From contig OY969902.1 in the NCBI GenBank assembly GCA_963704435.1, positions 820,978-852,977 on the forward strand: 32,000 nt of DNA. Reading direction: 5' to 3'. The translations under genes and the position numbers were made by a program. Positions 24,752 to 32,000 of this stretch are shown here, piece by piece; position 1 is the stretch's first letter, and every line of letters starts with the position of its first letter. Below the pieces are notes generated by a model. The model did not search any database, had not been told where the DNA came from, and was given only the letters and a program-made list of their open reading frames with translations. Source of the stretch: an uncultured archaeon. Its GTDB lineage: Archaea > Micrarchaeota > Micrarchaeia > Micrarchaeales > CABMGC01.

Positions 24752-25825
24752 ATGGCAAAACCAAAGCTGTCGATACTGATATTCTCAAGGAACGACATAG
24801 ACGCCGCGCTGAGCCTCATCAATGACGTTTATGGCCTGTCTGATGATATTATCGTCTTCGACTCGAGCAGGAAGGCGCAGCACGAGCGGCTGCTTCGCGC
24901 GAAGCGGAACGGGCGGTTGAACAAGGTCAGGATCCACTACGTTGTGCCGCTGGGCTATCCCGACCCGCTGAGGATGTACGCGATGAGCAAGTGTAGGCAC
25001 GAGTGGGTGCTGCTTCTGGATACGAACGAAAGGCTGTCGAAAAGCTTGAAGGGGAACATACTTGACGTTATCCGGGATGCGGACTGCAATGCCTTCGCGA
25101 TTAAGAGGTACGAGAATGTTTCGGCAGACGGCACAAAGACCAAATTCTTCACTTGGCAGATAAGAATCTTCAGGAAGAGCAGAGTGAGCTTCAAGGGCAT
25201 GCCACACGAACAAGCCATAATAGAAGGGGATTTGGGAAGGCTAGAGCAGAAATATTTCTACATAGAGCACAGGACGGATCTTATGCACAGGGAGGTAAGC
25301 GTCTACGGCAAGATTCTGGAGGTCTTCGGGAGGATGTCCTATGGTACGGTCAACCAGAATCTGCTCTATTACCTGTACAAGATCCAGATGCCGAGAAGGA
25401 AGGATAAGCCAACATTGTCGGCCAGACTGCTGTCTTATGCATTGTCCGCATACGAGATGCTCGGGTCGAAGAGGCTCGACCAGGAACTGACAGATTCGGA
25501 TTACGTCCTGTTCCTATTCATGCTCTATGCAGGCTACTCGATAAAGCAGCTCAGCCTGCGCACGCTCCTTTCAGCGCTTCCTTCTGCAAGGGTCGATGCA
25601 GAGAGGATAAAGCGGTATCAGACCCGCGGCCTTACGCGCATGCAGATGTTCAGAGCGGCAGAGGCCATAAACAAAATAGGGATCATAGACATTCTCGAGC
25701 TCTACGACGACCGGGCAGTGAAACATCTGAATGCAAAATACGGCCCTGACGACCGCGGCATCGAGCTGCTCATGGACATCATTGCCGCGTGGGAGAGAAA
25801 AGGTGAGCGGGGTAGAGCAATATGA
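24752..25825 (+). CDS. Glycosyltransferase family 2-like protein with divergent DxD region and long helical C-terminal extension
   Basis: 357 aa. LSILIFSRNDIDAALSLINDV...IIVFDSS resembles the GT2 N-terminus. WVLLLDTNERLS sits where GT2 enzymes of this subtype have W.L.LDADE. IRIFRKSRVSFKGMPHEQ resembles the conserved R.FR...y.g..HE block. Confidence 0.65.
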   Translation: MAKPKLSILIFSRNDIDAALSLINDVYGLSDDIIVFDSSRKAQHERLLRAKRNGRLNKVRIHYVVPLGYPDPLRMYAMSKCRHEWVLLLDTNERLSKSLKGNILDVIRDADCNAFAIKRYENVSADGTKTKFFTWQIRIFRKSRVSFKGMPHEQAIIEGDLGRLEQKYFYIEHRTDLMHREVSVYGKILEVFGRMSYGTVNQNLLYYLYKIQMPRRKDKPTLSARLLSYALSAYEMLGSKRLDQELTDSDYVLFLFMLYAGYSIKQLSLRTLLSALPSARVDAERIKRYQTRGLTRMQMFRAAEAINKIGIIDILELYDDRAVKHLNAKYGPDDRGIELLMDIIAAWERKGERGRAI

Positions 25826-26859
25826 AAGGCAGAAAGAGCACGCTTTTCCTGTACTATGACCCCCACTATGCCCATGACGCATTCGCAAGGTCGCTGGGTG
25901 CGGACCGATTTCCAGCTCCGCGGCTGAGGTCAGGAGAGGGAAGCACGGCATACAACACCATCGGACTCCTAAGGACGGTCTCCGCAGCGTTCAAGATTCC
26001 CCGCGATTATGACGTCTACCTGTGCGAGGGGACCTACGTGTTCCCGGCGCTTGCCAGGAAGCTGCACCTGATCGGAGAGGACGCGAAGATCATAGACCTG
26101 CTAGCCAGCCCGCTGGCCTACTACATAAAGACGGGCGTGGTCGGAGGCGCTAAAAGGAGTTTCGCCCTGTCCCTGCTGAAAGAAGTGGACGGCTTCGTCT
26201 GCGTCGGCCGCATGGAGAGGCAGCTGATAGAGGAGATACTGCCCGGCGCGAAGACCATCGTGACCTACCCTTTCGTCAAGAGCGAGGTTAGGAGAAGTCT
26301 CCTGTCGGCAAAGGGCGCTCCGGACCTGGGGTCGAAGAATATCCTGTTCATAGGGAAGGGCGATCCCTACTACAAGGGCATCGACCTGCTTATCGAGGCA
26401 TTCAAGCGCGTCAGGAAGAAATGGCCGGACGCTGAACTGAACATAGTGGGCGCCATCGAGGGTTCAGAGCAGTACGCAAAAGGCGCTGAAGGCGTGAACT
26501 TCCTCGGGTTCGTGAAGGACCTCGAGAGCGTGATGGCCAAGTCTGCCCTGTACGTGCACCTGGGCAGGGGGGACTCATTTCCCGTCTCCTCAATGGAGGC
26601 GATGCTCCGCGGAATTCCCGCCATCGTGTCTGAGTGGACCGGTACGAAGGAGATTGTGCAGGAGGCGGCGAGCGGGATGGTCGTGCCGCTGGATGCGGCT
26701 GCCGCATCTGCTGCGATAGACAGGTACTTCTCTCTGCCCTCGAGGTCGAAAAGGCTGCTTTCGAAAAAGTTCCGCCGCGCAGCAAGCAGCATTAAGAAGG
26801 ATGTCGTAATTAAGAAGTTCGTAAAGGATTATAGGGGTCTAATCTGTGGCGAGAAGTGA
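25822..26859 (+). CDS. Glycosyltransferase family 4
   Basis: 345 aa. The start overlaps the previous stop (ATGA). The GT-B C-terminal half has ILFIGKGDPYYKGIDLLIEAF and GDSFPVSSMEAMLRGIPAIVSEWTG (an E/D-x7-E-type motif). Confidence 0.85.
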   Translation: MKGRKSTLFLYYDPHYAHDAFARSLGADRFPAPRLRSGEGSTAYNTIGLLRTVSAAFKIPRDYDVYLCEGTYVFPALARKLHLIGEDAKIIDLLASPLAYYIKTGVVGGAKRSFALSLLKEVDGFVCVGRMERQLIEEILPGAKTIVTYPFVKSEVRRSLLSAKGAPDLGSKNILFIGKGDPYYKGIDLLIEAFKRVRKKWPDAELNIVGAIEGSEQYAKGAEGVNFLGFVKDLESVMAKSALYVHLGRGDSFPVSSMEAMLRGIPAIVSEWTGTKEIVQEAASGMVVPLDAAAASAAIDRYFSLPSRSKRLLSKKFRRAASSIKKDVVIKKFVKDYRGLICGEK

Positions 26860-27895
26860 TCTGTTGAGGGTCGGGTTGCTTACCCTTCGTAGGTTCGAGA
26901 ATGCTTGCACGGGCCAAGGCATACCGCGCTACGTAGGGGAGCTCTACAGGAGCATGGAGAAGATCTCCGCCAGCCGAAGGGACTTGGAACTCCGCAAGAT
27001 TGTGATAAAGAGCGTGCTCTGGGAGGCGCCATCATTTTATGTCGCGCCATTCTTTGAGGATCTGTCGGGCCTGGACATAATACACAACCCCATAGGATTC
27101 CTGCGCATGCACCACCTTCCAAGGAAGTCGAAATACGTCGTTACTGTGCATGACGTGAATCCTCTGCCCCAGCGGTCTCTGAAATGGAGGACTTGGTACC
27201 GCATGTTCGTTGTTCCAGGGCTGAAGCACACAATGGAAAAGGCAGATGCGATCATCGTCAACTCCACGCAGACCAGAGGAGAGCTTGTGGCGGAGGGCTG
27301 CGAGAGGTCCAAGATAAGGGTGATCCCCCTCGGGGTTAACGACAGCTTCCTGAAAGCCAGCAGGAGACGGCATGGACGGAAAAATGGGTTTACTGTAGGT
27401 TATTTAGGGTCTTTTGCGATAAATAAGAACGTTGAATTCATGATAGACGCAGCAAAATACCTTAAGGGCAGCGGAATCATGATGAAGCTATGGGGCAACA
27501 AAGATCTGACATACAATGAGCTCAGTAGCCGCGCCAAGGGTCTAAAGAACATGAGGTTTATGGGGTTTGTGCCTGAGGACAAGCTGGTCAGCACCTACGA
27601 CTCATTCGATGCCTTCGCGTTTCCGAGCAGGTACGAGGGCTTCGGACTGCCAATACTTGAGGCACAGGCAAGGGGCCTCCCCGTGATCATATACAAGCAT
27701 TCGGTAATTCCAAGGGAGGTAAGGAAGTACTGCTTCGAGGCCGATGACCCGGAGCATATGGCGAGGATAATCGAGGGGCTGAAGGAGTACGGATACGACC
27801 GAGCGCGGATGGAGCGCGCGATGAAGTACGCCCGCAGTTTCACCTGGAAGCGTGCAGCGCAGGAGACGCTGGAGTGCTATAGGCGCATCGCATGA
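26846..27895 (+). CDS. Glycosyltransferase family 4
   Basis: 349 aa. It has FTVGYLGSFAINKNVEFMIDA and PSRYEGFGLPILEAQARGLPVI (E-x7-E). GTG start, with a 14-nt overlap with the upstream gene. Confidence 0.85.
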   Translation: MARSDLLRVGLLTLRRFENACTGQGIPRYVGELYRSMEKISASRRDLELRKIVIKSVLWEAPSFYVAPFFEDLSGLDIIHNPIGFLRMHHLPRKSKYVVTVHDVNPLPQRSLKWRTWYRMFVVPGLKHTMEKADAIIVNSTQTRGELVAEGCERSKIRVIPLGVNDSFLKASRRRHGRKNGFTVGYLGSFAINKNVEFMIDAAKYLKGSGIMMKLWGNKDLTYNELSSRAKGLKNMRFMGFVPEDKLVSTYDSFDAFAFPSRYEGFGLPILEAQARGLPVIIYKHSVIPREVRKYCFEADDPEHMARIIEGLKEYGYDRARMERAMKYARSFTWKRAAQETLECYRRIA

Positions 27896-28893
27896 GCAGG
27901 GACAAAGGCAAACCGCGCATAAGCATATACGCGACAGTGTTCAATAACGGTAACGTAGTGCAGAGGTCGCTGGATTCGATACTGGGCCAGTTCCCCGATT
28001 TCGACAGCGACTTCGAGCTAGTGATAGTGGACAACATGTCCACGGACGACACATATGCGATACTCCAGCGGTTTGCAAGGAAGCACAAGAACATCAAACT
28101 TATACAAAGGAAATGCAGCAGGGGCGAGGGGAAGAGGATCGCCTACAGCAGCACATCAGGCCACTACGTGTTCTATCTGGATCTCGATAATATCTACCTG
28201 AAAACGCTTTCAAAGGTAGTGCGCGCGCTGTCTGGGAGCTACAAGACCAACACCGCGTTCGACAACATCGGATTCATGGACAGGCGGACGATGGACAGGA
28301 TAGGGAACTGGTACGACCTGAACTACGCGGAGGACTACGAGCTGTACGCGCGTGCGATCAGCAAGGGCGTGCGCGTAATGGAGATCCCTGTGATGTTGTG
28401 GTATCCCGAGCTCGTCAAGGGTAAGGAGAAGTTCACTAGGGAGAAGAGGTATGCGCGCGGGAGCCTCGCTTTCCTAGTAAGGAGGGCAAGGCTGTTCTAT
28501 GACATAGCGAGGGGCCTGGGCATCACCAGGCTCAGCGAGGTGGACCTTCTGCGGCCCAAGAGCCTCGGCGACGAGGTTGCAGCAAAACTCCTCCTCTGCG
28601 TTTTTATAATGGCTAGGCGGACCAAGGCATACAGATACGGAAAGGAGATGACCAACCTAGAATACGTGCGCGCGAACGAGACCGCCCCCGACCCGCGGGC
28701 ATACGGGATAGCGGACAGGAGGTTCTGGCTGGCCAGGCTGGAGAAGGACCTTCCGGAAAGCATAGCCTCGCGCAGGCTCGCCGAGCTGAGGAAGCTGGGC
28801 TTCAGCAGGTTCGTCAACGGCAAGGGAAACGAGATCGTCGCGTACACAAAATACACCGCCAAGGGGTTCGTGAACGCCTGGAAGCTCAACTGA
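27892..28893 (+). CDS. Glycosyltransferase family 2
   Basis: 333 aa. ISIYATVFNNGNVVQRSLDSILGQ...FELVIVDNMSTDDT is the classic GT2 N-terminal nucleotide-sugar binding region, and YLDLDN is DxD-like. ATGA overlap with the upstream gene. Confidence 0.85.
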   Translation: MSRDKGKPRISIYATVFNNGNVVQRSLDSILGQFPDFDSDFELVIVDNMSTDDTYAILQRFARKHKNIKLIQRKCSRGEGKRIAYSSTSGHYVFYLDLDNIYLKTLSKVVRALSGSYKTNTAFDNIGFMDRRTMDRIGNWYDLNYAEDYELYARAISKGVRVMEIPVMLWYPELVKGKEKFTREKRYARGSLAFLVRRARLFYDIARGLGITRLSEVDLLRPKSLGDEVAAKLLLCVFIMARRTKAYRYGKEMTNLEYVRANETAPDPRAYGIADRRFWLARLEKDLPESIASRRLAELRKLGFSRFVNGKGNEIVAYTKYTAKGFVNAWKLN

Positions 28894-29005
28894 ATCTCAC
28901 AATGTCGGTCCAGAGCGCGAACTGACGCCCGATGCGAAGAGTTTAATAGAATATAGAGGCAATATTTACTACAGTCCATATAATACCACATCACGAAAAG
29001 AGTTC

Positions 29006-29012
29006 AGGAGGG
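29006..29012 (+). promoter_or_regulatory. Shine-Dalgarno-like site for the FkbM methyltransferase gene
   Basis: aggaggg ends 5 nt before ATG 29018. AT-rich boxes upstream (gtttaatagaatataga 28941-28957; ccatataatacc 28976-28987) could provide the TATA element of a separate transcription unit. Confidence 0.4.
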
Positions 29013-29017
29013 TACCG

Positions 29018-29755
29018 ATGGCCAGACCAATAGAATATGCGCGAGCAGTGATAACGCACCCTATGTGCGCGTTGGGGGCAGTGAAATTTGCATGGTTCCC
29101 CTGGATTCCGGCATTTCGGAAAAGGTGCAATCCTTCTTGCTATAAATCTCACGAACTTTTCCCCGACAGGGTGATACCTGTGAATTTTAAGGGCAGAGCG
29201 CTGCAGTTCCATATCCCTGCAGGGAACGGCTATACCACCTTTTATGACATGTTCAGCGAGTCCAGCGAATACAGGGATCTGAACGTGAAAGGCAAGAAAG
29301 TGCTCGACCTGGGCGGAGCCTGGGGCGACTCCGCCATCTATTTCTCATTAAAAGGGGCCGACGAGGTGCTCTCGTATGAGATTGTTAAAGAGTTTTGCGT
29401 ATGCGGGGAGGATAACCTTGCGCGGAACCACATAAGCAACACAAAGATGGTAAACGAGGCTGCATCAAGCAAGACGATAGACGCGTTCGCGAAGAGGTTC
29501 GCGAACTATCCAAAAGCCATGAAGATCGACTGCGAGGGGGCGGAGTATGAGATGCTGTCAAACGCGAAGACGCTAAGGGACTACGAAGAGATTATACTGG
29601 AATATCACGACGGATACTCTGGCCTGAAAGAGGAGCTCGAATCGCAGGGCTTTAAGGTGTCTGTCGCATATCCCGAGTTTTTAGGGGTCTGGGCGGACCG
29701 GCGCCTGTCGCTCTGCGGCATAATGTACGCAAAAAACGCTAATGCCCGTAGGTGA
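29018..29755 (+). CDS. FkbM-family SAM-dependent methyltransferase
   Basis: 245 aa. It has SAM motif I VLDLGGAWGDSAIYF and the FkbM-family signature block MKIDCEGAEYEML. Confidence 0.8.
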   Translation: MARPIEYARAVITHPMCALGAVKFAWFPWIPAFRKRCNPSCYKSHELFPDRVIPVNFKGRALQFHIPAGNGYTTFYDMFSESSEYRDLNVKGKKVLDLGGAWGDSAIYFSLKGADEVLSYEIVKEFCVCGEDNLARNHISNTKMVNEAASSKTIDAFAKRFANYPKAMKIDCEGAEYEMLSNAKTLRDYEEIILEYHDGYSGLKEELESQGFKVSVAYPEFLGVWADRRLSLCGIMYAKNANARR

Positions 29756-30770
29756 GCGGATGGTACTGACCCAATTAAAGAACCTCTCATACAAGCTGAA
29801 CGACACCACCGTCACCCTGCACAATAGGCTTGTGGTCAGGCGCCCGATGTCCTTCCCGACGGAAGTGGGGCTGATGTCCAGCAGGATCTGCACCGCGAAC
29901 TGCGTCTTTTGCCCGATCCATCATTACAAATCGGAGAAGAAGCCGTTCATGAGCCTTGGGATAGCGAGAAGAGTGGCCGATGACCTAATAAGGGAGGGCT
30001 ATTCCGGAACCATCAATCTAGGGGAGAACGGGGACGCGCTGCTCAATCCGGAGTTCAAGGAGATCTTCCTAGAGATGAAGAAGACGAAAGGCAAGCAGAT
30101 TTTGGTCACCAACATGAAATACATGACCAAAGATCTGTCCAAGTTCCTCCTCGAGAACGGGCTGCAGAGGCTTGTATGCAATTTCGACGGAGCGACCAAG
30201 GAAACGTACGAGGCCATGAAGACCGGCTGCAATTTCGAGGACGTCAGAAACAACATCCATGCATTCATAGAGCAAAGGGACCTCATCAGTTCATCCTGCA
30301 GGATCCAGATAAACGCCGTCCCGATAAGAAGATATCTGCAATATGTGGAGAAGGCGAAATCCAAACTGCCATATGATTACGCTGAAAACGAGAGGTACTG
30401 GAAGAAATATCTGGGCCCGAACGACGCCATAATGGAAAGCCAGTATATAGGGTCGTGGGGCAGGAGGGATTTCCATTCAAAGATGCGCACAAAGCCCTGC
30501 TATTCCTGGTCTTTCAACGCGTGTCTCATAGATACGGAAGGCGATGTCTACCCTTGCTGCATGGATTACAAGACGCAGCTCTCTCTTGGCAATGTGATGA
30601 ACAGCACCATAAGGGAGATATGGAACGGGGAAAAGAGGAAGAGGTTTATCGCGAACATAGTCAAGAATGACTTTGCTGCCATAGGGAAGCCGTGCATAAA
30701 CTGCGGCGTGCCAAACGACGATATCAAAAGCTACCTAAACTATCTGAAATACCGATTATTTTATAGGTGA
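29742..30770 (+). CDS. Radical SAM enzyme with C-terminal SPASM/twitch-like Cys-rich domain
   Basis: 342 aa. CTANCVFC gives Cx3Cx2C at aa 50-57 (29889-29912). The C-terminal region (30498-30707) has CYSWSFNACLIDTEGDVYPCC...GKPCINCG. That is a G-x4-C element plus a CxxC, 6 Cys in total. Alternative start ATG 29760 lies 5 nt after the methyltransferase stop and is preceded by ggtga. Confidence 0.85.
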   Translation: MPVGERMVLTQLKNLSYKLNDTTVTLHNRLVVRRPMSFPTEVGLMSSRICTANCVFCPIHHYKSEKKPFMSLGIARRVADDLIREGYSGTINLGENGDALLNPEFKEIFLEMKKTKGKQILVTNMKYMTKDLSKFLLENGLQRLVCNFDGATKETYEAMKTGCNFEDVRNNIHAFIEQRDLISSSCRIQINAVPIRRYLQYVEKAKSKLPYDYAENERYWKKYLGPNDAIMESQYIGSWGRRDFHSKMRTKPCYSWSFNACLIDTEGDVYPCCMDYKTQLSLGNVMNSTIREIWNGEKRKRFIANIVKNDFAAIGKPCINCGVPNDDIKSYLNYLKYRLFYR

Positions 30771-30873
30771 TGAGACCGCACATTAGCGGGGAGTAAATAG
30801 ATTAAAATAATGAAAATCAGAAGGTACAGGGATGAGAAACTGTAAATGTCTGAAAACTAATCAGGGAAGATAG

Positions 30874-32000
30874 ATGAAAACGAATCTCGTAGTGAGAGGA
30901 GACATAAACGTGATGGGCACTAGCGGCTGTGAGATACTGGCGCACGATCTTGCCGAATTCTTGATGGAGCACGACAGAAACGCGGAAATACTAAAAGCCT
31001 ATTCTATGGACCTCACCTCATACAAGCTAAAGCCATGGTATAAAACTTATGAGAAGAAGTACCACTTGGTAAAGTCGAAGAATCTCGGATTCTTTAGACT
31101 AAGAACACCCGTGCATTCCTTCATCTTCGTGCATCTGCGCAACCTGCCCGATGGGATAATCTACTTCCCATACGCCTTCTACGACTATCTGTCAAACATA
31201 TTTCTGAAACGCAAAACGCAGGCATTCGTATTTGCTGGGCACTGCGTTGAATTGCAGATAACGCACCCTGCCCTCCACAAGGCGATAAATCTCGTTGTTA
31301 AGCTTGCCTTCAAGCTCAAAGGCAATACTATCTACTTCCAGGCGGTTAATACAGAACAGATAGCGTATGTGCGGAAACTGGGGCTTCCGAAGAGGAACAT
31401 ATTCCTCATTCCCGTCTCCATCTTCTACAAGGACATGCCCCTTCTTGACAATGCCTCCAAAAAGCTCACCGTCCTTCACATAGGTGGAACGGGAAAGAAT
31501 TCCATTCTGCTCACAAAGGTTTTCGACAGGCTCATATCAAACAAGGAGTTTGGCAAGTATGAGTTCTATTTCATAGGATCCAGGCAGCCGAGCGAACTCG
31601 TTAGCTACTCAGAAAAGTATGCGAACGTGAAGATTCTTGGCTATGTCGATGACGTGGAGAAGATCAAGTACCTCCGCAAGTCTGATGTCGTAGTAGTGCC
31701 CGCGAACGAAACCTTCTCGACTGCCGCCCTCGAGGCGCTGGAGTGCGGTCCCATAGTAGTTTCCAGACCTGATAATCCTGCGATCAAAGACATGAAAAGG
31801 CTTGGCGCCCACCTGTTCATAACTGATGGCTATGATCCTGCCTCGTACATAAGCGACTTCCGGAAAGTCATCGTCCTCAAAAAGGACATGAAGCGGCTGA
31901 GGAAGATGCGGATGGAAAACCAGCGCATATGCAAGGAGTACTATTCCAGCGGAGTGGTTTTCAGCAAATATAAGAAAATGTTCGACGCCATAGAGCAAGG
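30874..32000 (+). CDS. Glycosyltransferase family 4 (3' end beyond window)
   Basis: Not in the ORF track because it runs off the right edge. Manual translation from ATG 30874 is open to 32000: MKTNLVVRGDINVMGTSGCEILAHDLAEFL...LTVLHIGGTGKNSILL...VVVVPANETFSTAALEALECGPIVVS. This shows the GT-B C-terminal half with E-x7-E. Confidence 0.8.
   Translation, partial: MKTNLVVRGDINVMGTSGCEILAHDLAEFLMEHDRNAEILKAYSMDLTSYKLKPWYKTYEKKYHLVKSKNLGFFRLRTPVHSFIFVHLRNLPDGIIYFPYAFYDYLSNIFLKRKTQAFVFAGHCVELQITHPALHKAINLVVKLAFKLKGNTIYFQAVNTEQIAYVRKLGLPKRNIFLIPVSIFYKDMPLLDNASKKLTVLHIGGTGKNSILLTKVFDRLISNKEFGKYEFYFIGSRQPSELVSYSEKYANVKILGYVDDVEKIKYLRKSDVVVVPANETFSTAALEALECGPIVVSRPDNPAIKDMKRLGAHLFITDGYDPASYISDFRKVIVLKKDMKRLRKMRMENQRICKEYYSSGVVFSKYKKMFDAIEQ

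Noticed and set aside
30810-30845. 11-codon micro-ORF (MKIRRYRDEKL) just downstream of the radical SAM/SPASM gene, considered as a possible RiPP precursor.
   Set aside because: It is too short and has no Cys/Ser/Thr-rich core. It has no leader-like region and no obvious RBS or TATA box, and it lies in an AT-rich spacer where such ORFs arise by chance.
31192-31998. Minus-strand ORFs 31192..31479 and 31609..31998.
   Set aside because: They are antisense to the plus-strand GT4 gene (30874 onward), which shows a clear GT-B C-terminal half with the E-x7-E motif and is open to the window edge.
1-32000. tRNA, rRNA, other structured RNA genes, integrases, transposases and prophage remnants.
   Set aside because: Intergenic spacers are all 152 nt or shorter and contain no cloverleaf-compatible or rRNA-like sequence that I could see. 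No ORF shows integrase or transposase motifs.

Overview
High-GC archaeal chromosomal segment. The archaeal assignment rests on four things: a complete A1AO ATP synthase operon in the order atpH-I-K-E-C-F-A-B-D, AT-rich TATA-like boxes about 20-45 nt upstream of start codons, a class III (archaeal type IV pilin-like) signal peptide, and an STT3/AglB-like gene. The 'QSAMEYLMTYGW' pilin N-terminus is one I associate with DPANN/Micrarchaeota-like and Thermoplasmatota genomes, but lineage cannot be proven from this window.

Layout:
(i) 1-7384, a cell-surface block. It holds a giant secreted Cys/Thr-rich protein (minus strand, still open at the window edge), a co-oriented GT4 glycosyltransferase, a divergent pilin-like LamG lectin protein, and a small 4-TM protein with a (Cys-Gly)6(His-Gly)2 loop.
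(ii) 7527-10134, a two-subunit 2-oxoacid:ferredoxin oxidoreductase.
(iii) 10177-11181, a 30%-Thr secreted protein with dense N-glycosylation sequons.
(iv) 11189-19581, the ATP synthase operon (ordinary housekeeping).
(v) 19700-20881, a lone AAA+ ATPase/PD-(D/E)xK (DUF4143-type) gene with paired 20-nt direct repeats in its promoter.
(vi) 21037-32000, a protein-glycosylation island. It contains an AglB-like GT-C enzyme with a degenerate WWDYG motif, an SDR sugar epimerase/dehydratase, five glycosyltransferases, and a lower-GC FkbM-methyltransferase + radical SAM/SPASM pair.

Two real genes (1-4625 minus, 30874-32000 plus) are absent from the supplied ORF track because they run off the window edges. 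I found them by manual translation.

I recognised no rRNA, tRNA, CRISPR array, transposase or integrase.

The best candidates for novelty are the surface block at 1-7384 (giant protein, mosaic pilin-lectin, Cys-Gly repeat membrane protein) and the methyltransferase/radical-SAM module inside the glycosylation island. All functional calls are motif-level readings by eye; no database search was possible.
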